DNA from: Blastopirellula marina | GTDB taxonomy: Bacteria > Planctomycetota > Phycisphaerae > Sedimentisphaerales > UBA12454 | Length of the DNA: 61,918 nt | Direction of reading: 5' to 3' | NCBI GenBank assembly: GCA_020721975.1 | Contig: DYLR01000001.1 | Coordinates: 1-61,918, forward strand | Shown: piece after piece, positions 20,013 to 29,508 of the stretch | Position numbering within the stretch: position 1 is the first letter of the stretch | Layout: every line of letters starts with the position of its first letter | Position numbers and translations under genes: made by a program | Notes under the pieces: generated by a model | The model's input: the letters and a program-made list of their open reading frames with translations, nothing else | What the model was told of the DNA's origin: nothing | Database searches by the model: none

Positions 20013-20666
20013 TTAAGCCGCCAGCGAAGCCAGTTTATTAAATACGGCCCTGGTAACATCATCAACAGCGCCGTCCGCTCTGACGTCAAATACCGTCGCC
20101 TTTACAGACTTATAATATCCCACCACAGCAGCGGTCTGCTTATGATACGCACCGAGACGATTGGCCACAACTTCCGGCTTATCATCATCGCGCTGTACAA
20201 GCTTCGTATCAATGCAATTATCACACCAGCCCTGCCTTTTGGGCTTCAATGTCTCAATATGATAAACAGCTCCGCATTTCGGACAACTTCGCCGGCCGGT
20301 AATTCTCGTCGCCACTATTTTATCATCAACCTGAAGGTCAATAACGGCGTCTATTTTTTTGCCCTGTGATTTAAGGGCATCGTCAAGCCGGGCAGCCTGA
20401 ACCGTTGTCCGTGGAAAACCGTCAAGTACGCAATTCCAGCCGGCATCGGCGATTGCTGCGACCATCATTTCAATAATAAGTTCGTCAGGCACAAGCGCGC
20501 CGCTGTCCATATATTGCTGTGCCTTTTTGCCGAGTTCCGTACCGGCAGCTCTTTCGCTTCGAAGTATATCGCCGCTTGAAAGATGCCTTAATTTATACTT
20601 GTCAATGATCCGCTTGCACTGCGTACCCTTGCCCGCACCAGGCGGTCCCAGCAAAACCAGTATCAT
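20013..20666 (-). CDS. adk: Adenylate kinase (zinc-lid type)
   Basis: MILVLLGPPGAGKGTQC P-loop. Lid has CPKCGAVYH...CDNC. Confidence 0.95.
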   Translation of the reverse strand: MILVLLGPPGAGKGTQCKRIIDKYKLRHLSSGDILRSERAAGTELGKKAQQYMDSGALVPDELIIEMMVAAIADAGWNCVLDGFPRTTVQAARLDDALKSQGKKIDAVIDLQVDDKIVATRITGRRSCPKCGAVYHIETLKPKRQGWCDNCIDTKLVQRDDDKPEVVANRLGAYHKQTAAVVGYYKSVKATVFDVRADGAVDDVTRAVFNKLASLAA

Positions 20667-22018
20667 CTGAAAGCTCCTCTGATTCTGCCGGACTGACTGA
20701 AACCTTCGTAGTTTCTCATCAGAAGGTTTGATTCTATCCTCTGCACCAAATCAAGCGAAACGCTCACAACAATAAGCAGACCCGTGCCGCCGAAAAACGA
20801 CGCCACACGCCAGTCTATATTCAATCCGGGCATCTGTGCGATTACCGTCGGCACCACCGCAATAATCGCAAGGAAAATCGCTCCGTAAAATGTTATTCTC
20901 ATCATAACGGTTTCAAGATACTCGGCTGTTCTTTCGCCCGGACGCAGACCCGGAATAAACGAGCCGGAGTTCCGCAGATTTTTCGCCATTTCCTTGGGCT
21001 GAAACTGTATGGCCGTCCAGAAATACGAGAACAAAATTATAAGAATTATTTCCAGCACGTTATATATGTACGACCCGGGCATAAATGCCCCGTAAATATC
21101 GGCGACCATTCTGCTGTTGGGGAAAAAGTTTACAAGCTGGCCTGCAAGAATCGGCGGAAACTGCATAAGACTCGATGCAAAAATAATCGGCATCACGCCG
21201 CCGTGATTGACTCGCAAAGGCAGATAATGCCTTGCTCCCCCGTATATCCGCCGGCCCCGCATCTGCTTGGCCTGCTGAATTGGTATCCTGCGCTGTCCCT
21301 GTGTAATAAGTATGGCCCCGGCCACGACAAACACAAAAGCCGCGGCAAGAAATATCAGCTTGGCCGGACCATAACCGCCCTCGGCGCTGCCGAAACGCAG
21401 CGAGGCGTTCTGAAACACGCCTACCGCCGTGCCGGGCATACGAGAGATAATGCCCGCCATAATCAGCAGACTTATCCCGTTGCCGATGCCGTATTCGTCT
21501 ATCTGTTCGCCCAGCCACATCAGAAAAATCGTTCCCGCCGTCATACCGATAACGCCCATTATCACGGCATAGCCTTCCATTCCGTCATAGGCAAACTGTG
21601 TTGACATTTTTACAATCGCCATTGCCTGAATAATACACACCGGAACGGTCAGATAGCGGGTATATTCCTGTATTTTCTTGTAGCCGGTCTGGCCTTCTTC
21701 CTTGAGTTTTTTCAGCGCAGGCCATACCTCCGCAAGCAGCATCAGAATAATTGAAGCCGTAATATAAGGCATAATACCCAGGCCGAACAATGAGCTTCGG
21801 GTCATACTGCCGCCGCTGAGCATCTGCAGATGCTCCATTGCCCTGGCCAGCGGGCTGTCGGTGTCGCGCGATGCGGCTGCGCCCATCATTTTCTGTACGT
21901 CAACCCCCGGGCAGGTAATGTGCATACCAAGTCTCGATATCGCCAGCAGCGCGATAGTAAACAGGATTTTGTTTCTCAAATCCGGTATTTTGAAAATGCT
22001 CACTACTGTTCTAAACAT
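20663..22018 (-). CDS. secY: Preprotein translocase subunit SecY
   Basis: 451-aa polytopic membrane protein. Has LFGLGIMPYITASII. spc-operon position. Confidence 0.95.
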   Translation of the reverse strand: MFRTVVSIFKIPDLRNKILFTIALLAISRLGMHITCPGVDVQKMMGAAASRDTDSPLARAMEHLQMLSGGSMTRSSLFGLGIMPYITASIILMLLAEVWPALKKLKEEGQTGYKKIQEYTRYLTVPVCIIQAMAIVKMSTQFAYDGMEGYAVIMGVIGMTAGTIFLMWLGEQIDEYGIGNGISLLIMAGIISRMPGTAVGVFQNASLRFGSAEGGYGPAKLIFLAAAFVFVVAGAILITQGQRRIPIQQAKQMRGRRIYGGARHYLPLRVNHGGVMPIIFASSLMQFPPILAGQLVNFFPNSRMVADIYGAFMPGSYIYNVLEIILIILFSYFWTAIQFQPKEMAKNLRNSGSFIPGLRPGERTAEYLETVMMRITFYGAIFLAIIAVVPTVIAQMPGLNIDWRVASFFGGTGLLIVVSVSLDLVQRIESNLLMRNYEGFSQSGRIRGAFR

Positions 22019-22039
22019 CAGACTGCTCCGCTGGATATC

Positions 22040-22486
22040 CTATGCCACGTTTTTTACCGTTCCTCCGCAGCCGATTATTTTACTCTCGGCGGCTTTGCTG
22101 AACTTATGCACGGCAACGTCGAGCTTTTTGGTCAGATCTCCGTCGCCGAGAATTTTGACTTTGCTGCTGAGACTGTCGATAAGGCCGGCTTTGTAGAGGC
22201 ACTGCACATCCACAACAGAACCGTCGTCGAACTTATCGAGCTGTGAAACGTTCACTATTTCATATCGCCTGGTAAACTGATTATTGTTGAAGCCGCGTTT
22301 GGGCAGCCTTCTGAACAGCGGCATTTGACCGCCTTCATAGGCCAGCTTTCCGCCTGCACCGGCCCTGCTCAAAGAGCCTTTTGTGCCTCGTCCGCAGGTT
22401 TTACCCATGCCGCCGGCAGTTCCGCGACCGACCCTTTTGCGTCTCTTATGTTTACCCACGATTGCCGTTATCTCGTGATTCTGCAT
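22040..22486 (-). CDS. rplO: 50S ribosomal protein L15
   Basis: KRRKRVGRGTAGGMGKTCGRGTKG... Sits 6 nt after rpsE with no L30 gene in between. Confidence 0.95.
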   Translation of the reverse strand: MQNHEITAIVGKHKRRKRVGRGTAGGMGKTCGRGTKGSLSRAGAGGKLAYEGGQMPLFRRLPKRGFNNNQFTRRYEIVNVSQLDKFDDGSVVDVQCLYKAGLIDSLSSKVKILGDGDLTKKLDVAVHKFSKAAESKIIGCGGTVKNVA

Positions 22487-22492
22487 ACCGAC

Positions 22493-23014
22493 TCACCACC
22501 TTTTTACCATTTCAACCGGAACGCCGCGAACAGTCTGTATCTGTTCTTTTGTCTTAAGACTTACAAGACCGTCCATTGTAGCCTTTGCCACGTTTTTGGT
22601 TGAAGTGCTTCCGTAAACCTTGGTCAATACATTACGAACGCCGGCAAGCTCAAGGATTGCCCGTGCCGAGGAACCGGCTATTACGCCTGTGCCGGGCGAT
22701 GCGGGCAGCATCTTGATTGACGTTGCACGGCACTTGCCCAATACTTCGTGCGGAATCGTCTCTCCGGACAAACATATCTTTTGAAGATTTTTCTTGGCGT
22801 CCTTTATAGCCTTTTCGACCGCCATAGGCACTTCGCGCGCCTTGGCGTAACCGATTCCAACCGTTCCGCTGCGGTCGCCCACGGCAACCATAGCGGCAAA
22901 ACTGAACCGGCGACCGCCCTTTACCACTTTGGCACAGCGAAAGACCTTGATTACCGCATCCGCCAGCGCCCCTTCTTCACTACTATGATCTGATTTAATT
23001 GCTTCTTCAGCCAT
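22493..23014 (-). CDS. rpsE: 30S ribosomal protein S5
   Basis: Motifs VKVFRCAKVVKGGRRFSFAAMVAVGD, GTGVIAG. Confidence 0.95.
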   Translation of the reverse strand: MAEEAIKSDHSSEEGALADAVIKVFRCAKVVKGGRRFSFAAMVAVGDRSGTVGIGYAKAREVPMAVEKAIKDAKKNLQKICLSGETIPHEVLGKCRATSIKMLPASPGTGVIAGSSARAILELAGVRNVLTKVYGSTSTKNVAKATMDGLVSLKTKEQIQTVRGVPVEMVKRW

Positions 23015-23031
23015 TTTATCTCCAGCGATTC

Positions 23032-23394
23032 TTAAAATGCCAGTCCTGCTTCACGTGCCGCATCGGCCAGAGCCTTTATCCTGCCGTGATATTTATAACC
23101 GCTGCGGTCAAAACAAACCGCCTTTATGCCGACCTGCTGAGCCTGTTTGGCTATCTCGACGCCGACCGCTTTGGCGGCTGCGATATTACAGCCGTGTTCT
23201 ATATGCAGCCGCAGCGAACTGGCTGCGGCAAGCGTTACGCCGGCAGTATCATCGATAACCTGGGCATAAATATATTTGTTAGAGCGGAACACGCTGAGCC
23301 TGGGTCTTTCGGACGTACCGAAGACATTCTTGCGCGACCGCCATTTGCGTCTTTGTCTGCCTTGCTGAATTCTTTCAATCTGCATAACAACCAC
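23032..23394 (-). CDS. rplR: 50S ribosomal protein L18
   Basis: Motifs [39 protein letters not shown]. Confidence 0.95.
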   Translation of the reverse strand: MVVMQIERIQQGRQRRKWRSRKNVFGTSERPRLSVFRSNKYIYAQVIDDTAGVTLAAASSLRLHIEHGCNIAAAKAVGVEIAKQAQQVGIKAVCFDRSGYKYHGRIKALADAAREAGLAF

Positions 23395-23415
23395 TCAAAA
23401 TTATATAAAGCCCGA

Positions 23416-23991
23416 TTAAGCCGCGCCTGCCGCAAAGGCCTTGCCGACCTTGCGGATTACATGCTCATCGGCATATCTGATGCCTTTGCCCTGATAGGGT
23501 TCGGGCGGACGAATTTTTCTGACAGTTGCGGCGAACTGGCCGAGTTCTTCCTTATTGTAGCCGCTGAGAGTAAATTCCGCCGGCACTTCATTACCCTTGG
23601 TCGCCGGCACGGTAATGGTCGCCTTGACGCTCTTGGGTATCTGCAGTTGTATCGGGTTGCAGTAGCCTATCTGGAAAATCAGTTTGCCGCCCTGTTCTTT
23701 TACGTTATATCCCGTGCCGTAAATGAGCATTTTTCTTTCAAAGCCCCTGCTTACTCCGACAATCATATTTTTTATCAGCGCACGCATTGTGCCGTGCAGC
23801 GATTTGTGCCGTGAGCTGTCGGCAAAAGCGTTTTCAAGAATAATCTTACTGCCGTCCAGGCGTACATTTATATCCGGATGCACCTGCATCTCAAGATTGC
23901 CTTTGGTTCCGGAGACTTTGACTTTGCGTCCGCTGATTTCAACCTTCACGCCGGAAGGCACTTCAACCGGTTTTTTACCTATACGACTCAT
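23416..23991 (-). CDS. rplF: 50S ribosomal protein L6
   Basis: MSRIGKKPVEVPSGVKVEISG..., PEPYQGKGIRY. Confidence 0.95.
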   Translation of the reverse strand: MSRIGKKPVEVPSGVKVEISGRKVKVSGTKGNLEMQVHPDINVRLDGSKIILENAFADSSRHKSLHGTMRALIKNMIVGVSRGFERKMLIYGTGYNVKEQGGKLIFQIGYCNPIQLQIPKSVKATITVPATKGNEVPAEFTLSGYNKEELGQFAATVRKIRPPEPYQGKGIRYADEHVIRKVGKAFAAGAA

Positions 23992-23992
23992 T

Positions 23993-24391
23993 TTAATTCA
24001 CCGTGCAAAGAATCTCGCCGCCAATGTTTTCCTGGCGGCATTTTCTGTCGGTCATCACGCCTCTGCTTGTGCTTACTATCACAACGCCCATACCGTTGAG
24101 AACTACCGGCATTGACCTGGCGGGGCTGTAAATTCGCCGGCCCGGTTTCGATTCGCGCTTTATTTCATTTATCACACTGCTGCCATCTTTGGCATATTTC
24201 AGCGCGATTCTCAGCAAATCCTGTTTGACGGCGGTTTCAATTCTGTCGAAATCGGCGATGTAGCCCTCTTCCCTCAGAACGCCCGCTATGCCCTGACAAA
24301 CTCCTGTAGCCCTGACAAACACATGAGTTTTGCCAGTCGCGGCTGCATTGCGAATTCTTGTAAGCATATCAGCTATCGGATCACCGTGCAT
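23993..24391 (-). CDS. rpsH: 30S ribosomal protein S8
   Basis: DPIADMLTRIRNA..., IVSTSRGVMTD. Confidence 0.95.
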   Translation of the reverse strand: MHGDPIADMLTRIRNAAATGKTHVFVRATGVCQGIAGVLREEGYIADFDRIETAVKQDLLRIALKYAKDGSSVINEIKRESKPGRRIYSPARSMPVVLNGMGVVIVSTSRGVMTDRKCRQENIGGEILCTVN

Positions 24392-24445
24392 ATCTTTATG
24401 TCCTGATTACAAACCCTTAATTTATTTCCATACGACAGACTTATT

Positions 24446-24631
24446 TTACCAGCTTGCCTTTTTCATACCCGGAATCTTGCCTTCGTTGGCCAAAATTCTC
24501 AAACAAAGCCTGCAAATTTTGAACTTTCTATAAACCGCCCTGCTGCGGCCGCATATCTGGCAGCGTGTGTACGCTCTGACCTTGAATTTCGGTTTCTTTT
24601 TAGCCTTGTTTACCAGCGCTTTGGTGGACAT
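24446..24631 (-). CDS. rpsZ: 30S ribosomal protein S14, zinc-binding type Z
   Basis: 61 aa with [20 protein letters not shown] (CxxC...CxxC). Confidence 0.95.
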   Translation of the reverse strand: MSTKALVNKAKKKPKFKVRAYTRCQICGRSRAVYRKFKICRLCLRILANEGKIPGMKKASW

Positions 24632-24637
24632 TAAAAA

Positions 24638-25177
24638 TTACTCCCTGAAAGGCATACCAAACAGCCTTAGCATTTCACGAGCCTCGGCGTCGGTTCCGGC
24701 CGAAGTAACAAACGTTATATTCATACCCTGAGTTGACTCGATTTTTGTCGGGTCGATTTCGGGAAATACGCTTTGTTCGGACAACCCCATCGAATAATTG
24801 CCCCTGCCGTCAAATCCCTTCGGGTTTAATCCGCGAAAGTCCTTGACTCTCGGAATAGCCAGGTTGATGAGCCTGTCCATAAATTCATACATTCTCTCGC
24901 CGCGAAGCGTAACTTTAAGCCCGGTGTTCATACCCTGGCGCACCTTAAAATTGGATACGCTTTTTTTGGCCTTGCAGACCAGCGGTTTCTGGCCGGAAAT
25001 CATCATCAAATCGTTCATTGCAGCGTCAAAGTATTTGTTATCCACAACCGCTTTGCCGACACCCATCGATATAACCACCTTTTTCATCGCAGGCACGGCC
25101 ATAGGACTTTTGTATTTAAACTTTTCCTGAAGCGACTGCCTGATTTTGGATTTATATAAGTCTTTCAAGCGTGCCAT
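24638..25177 (-). CDS. rplE: 50S ribosomal protein L5
   Basis: MARLKDLYKSKI..., GRGNYSMGLSEQSVFPEI. Confidence 0.95.
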   Translation of the reverse strand: MARLKDLYKSKIRQSLQEKFKYKSPMAVPAMKKVVISMGVGKAVVDNKYFDAAMNDLMMISGQKPLVCKAKKSVSNFKVRQGMNTGLKVTLRGERMYEFMDRLINLAIPRVKDFRGLNPKGFDGRGNYSMGLSEQSVFPEIDPTKIESTQGMNITFVTSAGTDAEAREMLRLFGMPFRE

Positions 25178-25180
25178 TTT

Positions 25181-25519
25181 TTACCTCTTGACTACTCCAA
25201 GCTCGGCGCCGTCGAGGGTGATGCGTTTTTTTACGCCTTTGCCGTCAACGACAAATTTTACCCGTGTGCCTTTGCCGGTCTTCGGATTTACCGCAAGCAC
25301 ATTGCTTATGTGTATCGACTGCTCGACCTGAATACGGCCGCCCTGGGGATATTTCCTTGAAGGACGGACATGTTTATATCTTCGATTGACGCCCTCGACC
25401 ACAACACGGTCCTTATCGGTTATAACGCGAAGCACCCTGCCGGTTTTGCCCTTGTCTGAACCGGCTATTACCTCAACCATGTCGTCTTTTTTAATATGTC
25501 TGGCCATTTTTCTCTTCAA
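25181..25519 (-). CDS. rplX: 50S ribosomal protein L24
   Basis: KOW motif HIKKDDMVEVIAGSDKGKTGRVL. Confidence 0.93.
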   Translation of the reverse strand: MKRKMARHIKKDDMVEVIAGSDKGKTGRVLRVITDKDRVVVEGVNRRYKHVRPSRKYPQGGRIQVEQSIHISNVLAVNPKTGKGTRVKFVVDGKGVKKRITLDGAELGVVKR

Positions 25520-25525
25520 CGCCTC

Positions 25526-25915
25526 TTACACAACTTCACTTGCCAAAGAAATAATCTTCATAAAGTTCTTTTCTCTTAATTCTCTCGGAACAGCGCCGAA
25601 TATGCGCGTACCTATCGGCTCGCCTTCGGGGTTAATGATGACCGCCGCATTTTTGTCGAATCGGACATAGCTGCCGTCGGGCCTGCGAACCGGAGCCTTT
25701 GTGCGAACTATAACGCAGCGATGCACCTTTTTGCGGTCCAGCTGACAGCTGGGAAGGGTCTTTTTTATCGCCACACAGACAATATCGCCGATTGTCGCCG
25801 TCGGCAGACTCGGCTTGCCGAGGCGATAAACATCGCGCCCAAGCACCTTGATGCACATTGCCTCTTTTGCGCCGCTGTTATCGGCTATTTCCAACATTGT
25901 TTGAAGCTGAACCAC
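25526..25915 (-). CDS. rplN: 50S ribosomal protein L14
   Basis: [19 protein letters not shown]..., [28 protein letters not shown]. Confidence 0.95.
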   Translation of the reverse strand: MVQLQTMLEIADNSGAKEAMCIKVLGRDVYRLGKPSLPTATIGDIVCVAIKKTLPSCQLDRKKVHRCVIVRTKAPVRRPDGSYVRFDKNAAVIINPEGEPIGTRIFGAVPRELREKNFMKIISLASEVV

Positions 25916-25954
25916 TGTATAAACCTTTCTTAATCCGTCGAAAACAAACTATCT

Positions 25955-26227
25955 TCAATCTGCCGCTGCTTTTGCCTTTGTTATTATCTTTGTCAGCCGC
26001 CAGCTTTTGGTTTTGCTTATCGGTCTGCACTCGGTAATCTCAACCATATCGCCGATGCCGGCCTGATTGGTTTCGTCATGCACTCCAAACCGCGTGCAGC
26101 GGGAAATATATTTGCCGTACATCGGATGTTTGACCTTATAATCAAGCTCCACTTTAATGCTCTTGTCGCCGCTGCGGCTTACAACCACGCCGCGAACCAC
26201 TTTTCTTTGCGTTCTGACGTTTTCCAT
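25955..26227 (-). CDS. rpsQ: 30S ribosomal protein S17
   Basis: VVRGVVVSRSGDKSIKVELDYKVKHPMYGKY..., WRLTKI. Confidence 0.95.
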   Translation of the reverse strand: MENVRTQRKVVRGVVVSRSGDKSIKVELDYKVKHPMYGKYISRCTRFGVHDETNQAGIGDMVEITECRPISKTKSWRLTKIITKAKAAAD

Positions 26228-26433
26228 TATTTCTTACCGGCCTTTAACTGGCTTTCCCTGATAATCGTTTTGATACGCGCTATATCCCGCTTTGTATTCA
26301 ATATCTGCTTGCTGTTCTCAAGTTTTTCCGTATTAGCCTGAGTGCGCAGCTCATAAAGTTTTTTTTTCAGCCTGACCAGTTCAATATTCCATTCGTCAGG
26401 CCGCATTTCTCTTATCTGCGATGCCTTTAACAT
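26227..26433 (-). CDS. rpmC: 50S ribosomal protein L29
   Basis: 68 aa. LKASQIREM..LVRLKKKLYELR. Lies between rplP and rpsQ. Confidence 0.9.
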   Translation of the reverse strand: MLKASQIREMRPDEWNIELVRLKKKLYELRTQANTEKLENSKQILNTKRDIARIKTIIRESQLKAGKK

Positions 26434-26440
26434 TCTTCAC

Positions 26441-26863
26441 CTATCCTATAACATGCCTGCGATTTACAAATCTGCACCGCACCGGCATTTTGTGTGCGAT
26501 TCTCGAAAGGGCCTGTTTTGCAAGGGCCTCATCCACACCGCCAATCTCGAACATAACCGTGCCTGTCTTAACGCACGCAACCCACTGCTCGACTTCCGCT
26601 TTTCCCTTACCCATTCTGGTCTCCAGCGGCTTTTTGGTAATGGATTTGTGCGGAAATATACGTATATAAAGCTTTCCGACCCTTTGCAGATAATTGCTGG
26701 CAGCAACTCTGCTGGCCTCTATCTGTCTGCCGGTAACCCAGCTTGTTTCAAGAGCCTGCAAACCGTAATCGCCGAATGCCACATAGTTCATCCGGCTGGC
26801 GCCGCCGCGCATTTTGCCGCGCTGACTCTTGCGGTATTTAACTCTTTTCGGCATTAAAGCCAT
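26441..26863 (-). CDS. rplP: 50S ribosomal protein L16
   Basis: MPKRVKYRKSQRGKMRG..., RMGKGKAEVEQWVA. Confidence 0.95.
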   Translation of the reverse strand: MALMPKRVKYRKSQRGKMRGGASRMNYVAFGDYGLQALETSWVTGRQIEASRVAASNYLQRVGKLYIRIFPHKSITKKPLETRMGKGKAEVEQWVACVKTGTVMFEIGGVDEALAKQALSRIAHKMPVRCRFVNRRHVIG

Positions 26864-26899
26864 TGTTCAATCCTCTCGAAAATTAAAACACGCCCGCTT

Positions 26900-27688
26900 C
26901 TACGACTTTTCACTGCTGCCCGATACGGACGATTCCGATTGTGTCTGCAGGGCAACCGTCTTGTCCGAACCGCCGGCAACATTCGACTTGCGGGCCATTC
27001 TGCGGGCCCTGCGATGACCCATTTTGCTCACCGATTCGGGGTCTATTTGTTCGCCGAACTTGCCCCTGTAAATCCAGACCTTTATGCCGACAGCGCCATA
27101 AGTCGTAAACGCCGTAGCTGCGGCGTAATCAACGTCGGCGTCGAGCGTCTGCATCGGAATACTGCCTGTCTTTTGTGTTTCGGAACGTGCAAGTTCCGCT
27201 CCGCCGAGCCGGCCCGAACAGGTGATTTTAACGCCCTTTGCGCCGGCCTGTATGGCCTGTTCGCATTGCTGTTTCATAACTCTGCGAAACGAGGCGCGTT
27301 TTTTAATCTGTTCCGCAATAGCTTCGGCGACCAATCTTGCATCAAGTGAGGCTTCCTTTATCTCGATAACATTGATGGTCACTTTACGATTAATCAGCGT
27401 TTCAAGCTCTTCACGCAACTTGTCAATTTCTGCTCCGCGAGGACCTATTACCATGCCGGGCCTTGCGGTGTACAGCGTAACCTTGACCTCATTGCGGGTC
27501 CTTGCTATCTCGACCCTGCTGATGGCCGCAAACGGCGGCTGGCGATTAAATTTCCTGTCGATATATTCGCGCAAATGATAATCCTCGACGAGCATTTCGC
27601 CGAAGCTGTCCTTGGGAGCATACCAGGTGCTTAACCAGGGACGGGTTATGCCTGTTCTGAATCCAATCGGTTGTACCTTTTGTCCCAT
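26900..27688 (-). CDS. rpsC: 30S ribosomal protein S3 with a C-terminal extension
   Basis: MGQKVQPIGFRTGI.., KH domain GPRGAEIDKLR, and GRLGGAE. Confidence 0.95.
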   Translation of the reverse strand: MGQKVQPIGFRTGITRPWLSTWYAPKDSFGEMLVEDYHLREYIDRKFNRQPPFAAISRVEIARTRNEVKVTLYTARPGMVIGPRGAEIDKLREELETLINRKVTINVIEIKEASLDARLVAEAIAEQIKKRASFRRVMKQQCEQAIQAGAKGVKITCSGRLGGAELARSETQKTGSIPMQTLDADVDYAAATAFTTYGAVGIKVWIYRGKFGEQIDPESVSKMGHRRARRMARKSNVAGGSDKTVALQTQSESSVSGSSEKS

Positions 27689-28254
27689 TAATCACCTCGC
27701 TTGTTTATCTTTTCAGCAACGCTGATATAAATATGACTGGCAAGTTTTTGAATACGGTGAGCCCTGCCTCTGTCTTTGGCTCTGTACCGTTTCGTGCCGA
27801 CCCGTATGCCTGCACCGTTGACACGGGCTTGTTTAACATACAGATTTTCAACATCGGCAGCCGCCTCGTCCGCACAGGCTATTGCGCTTTTGAGCGTCTT
27901 TTCAATAAAATAAGACGCCCGTTTGCGTGTGAATTTCAGAATATCCATAGCTTTCTGCACATCCCGTCCGGCAATCAGCGCCGCAACAAGCTGTACCTTG
28001 CGCGGAGCCATCGGCGCATATCTTATCGACGAATCCCACTGGCTGAGCTGACTGGCCTGCATATTTAAGACAGTCGCCAGTTTTTCAATATCCTCGCTTT
28101 GCGGAATCGGCTTTATCAGCCCCCGCTGCCAGTTTTTCAGTGCAGCCTGAGCATCCTTCTGCTTCAAACCTGTGCGGACTATATGTCCGGCTATCTGCTC
28201 CTGCGAAAGTCCGCTTGCCTCTATTGCACTTTTAAGTCTCTGTGAATTTATCAT
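27688..28254 (-). CDS. rplV: 50S ribosomal protein L22 carrying a roughly 75-aa N-terminal XRE-like helix-turn-helix extension
   Basis: The L22 core starts near residue 77 (IRYAPMAPRKVQLVAALIAGRDV...RAKDRGRAHRI). Residues 1-70 read RLKSAIEASGLSQEQIAGHI...NWQRGLIKPIPQSEDIEKLATVLNMQASQL, like a Cro/C1-type HTH. An internal Met64 is an alternative start. Confidence 0.85.
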   Translation of the reverse strand: MINSQRLKSAIEASGLSQEQIAGHIVRTGLKQKDAQAALKNWQRGLIKPIPQSEDIEKLATVLNMQASQLSQWDSSIRYAPMAPRKVQLVAALIAGRDVQKAMDILKFTRKRASYFIEKTLKSAIACADEAAADVENLYVKQARVNGAGIRVGTKRYRAKDRGRAHRIQKLASHIYISVAEKINKRGD

Positions 28255-28257
28255 TTT

Positions 28258-28290
28258 CTACATACTACCTACTACATACTACATACTATA
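28258..28290. repeat. Heptanucleotide tandem repeat (CTACATA, 4.7 units) between rpsS and rplV
   Basis: CTACATA CTACCTA CTACATA CTACATA CTATA. On the coding (minus) strand this places TAG every 7 nt. Confidence 0.9.
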
Positions 28291-28294
28291 ACCA

Positions 28295-28579
28295 TTACGC
28301 CGGGGTCACTGCCTCTGCCCTGTTGCTGGAATGGCCTCTGAAGGTTCGCGTGAGGGAAAACTCGCCGAGTTTGTGTCCAACCATATCTTCCGTCACAAAA
28401 ACCTTGTGAAACATCTTGCCGTTGTGAACCATGAAAGTATGGCCCACAAATTCCGGCACTATAGTGCTGCGCCTTGCCCAGGTTTTTATCGGTTCTTTGT
28501 ATCCGGTCTGATTCTGTTTGATGACCTTGTTAATGAGCTTTTCATCAACAAACGGACCTTTTTTTAACGATCGACTCAT
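28295..28579 (-). CDS. rpsS: 30S ribosomal protein S19
   Basis: [15 protein letters not shown]..., [19 protein letters not shown]. Confidence 0.95.
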   Translation of the reverse strand: MSRSLKKGPFVDEKLINKVIKQNQTGYKEPIKTWARRSTIVPEFVGHTFMVHNGKMFHKVFVTEDMVGHKLGEFSLTRTFRGHSSNRAEAVTPA

Positions 28580-28623
28580 CTATTACCTCATCAAATATTC
28601 TCTCTGATTCAAAGAGAATTTTT

Positions 28624-29475
28624 TTACAGCATAATTTGTAATCCTCTGTTGCTTCTTCGTCTGCGAATAATTCGCTTACTGCCGACTTTTCTGGGATTTC
28701 TTGTCTTGCCGCCCTTGGCCAGAACACCTGTCGGCGAACACGGATGACGACCGCCATTTGCCCGGCCTTCGCCTCCGCCCATCGGATGAGCTACGGGATT
28801 TTGCGCCTTGCCGCGAACATGACCTCTGCGACCAATATGTCTTGTACGGCCGGCCTTGCCTATTGTTATATTCTGATGGTCGGGGTTGCTCAGAATGCCA
28901 ATGGTTGCCCGACATTCCTTGCGAACCATTCTCATTTCGCCGCTGGGCAGTACTATTGTCGCCCAGTCGCCTTCCTTGGCCATAAGCCTTGCTGCGCCGC
29001 CGGCGGTACGAACCAGTTTGCCGCCCTGGCCGGCCGTCATTTCGATATTATGTATCTCTATGCCCACCGGGATTGCCGACAGGGGCATCGCGTTGCCGGG
29101 TCTCGGCTCAACTTCATTGCCGCTGATTACCGTATCGCCGACTTTAATGCCCTGGGGGGCAAGAATATAGCTCTTCTGGCCGTCGGTATATTCTACCAGC
29201 GAAATAAAGCAGTTGCGGTTGGGGTCGTATTCGACCGTTTTGACTTCCGCAGGCATATCGACCTTGCTGCGCTTAAAATCAATCATACGGTAAATTCGTC
29301 TTGCCCCGCCGCCGCGAAAACGGCTTGTCGTAAAACCCTGATGATTGCGGCCGCCGCTTTTACCAATGCGGAAACACAGCGTCTTTTCACGACTGTCGGT
29401 TGTAAGCTCGGCATAATCGTTGACCGATGCGTTTCTGCGTGCGGCGCTTGTTCTTTTATATATTTTTATACCCAT
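28624..29475 (-). CDS. rplB: 50S ribosomal protein L2
   Basis: 283 aa. GRNHQGFTTSRFRGGG, VRGKAQNPVAHPMGGGEG. Confidence 0.95.
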   Translation of the reverse strand: MGIKIYKRTSAARRNASVNDYAELTTDSREKTLCFRIGKSGGRNHQGFTTSRFRGGGARRIYRMIDFKRSKVDMPAEVKTVEYDPNRNCFISLVEYTDGQKSYILAPQGIKVGDTVISGNEVEPRPGNAMPLSAIPVGIEIHNIEMTAGQGGKLVRTAGGAARLMAKEGDWATIVLPSGEMRMVRKECRATIGILSNPDHQNITIGKAGRTRHIGRRGHVRGKAQNPVAHPMGGGEGRANGGRHPCSPTGVLAKGGKTRNPRKVGSKRIIRRRRSNRGLQIML

Positions 29476-29508
29476 TTTTAATTCCTGTCCGACCGCCGGT
29501 CGTTCTAA

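Noticed and set aside
22487-22492. Possible missing or pseudogenised rpmD (L30) between rpsE and rplO.
   Set aside because: The gap is only 6 nt, so there is no remnant. L30 is simply absent from this locus, as in several bacterial lineages.
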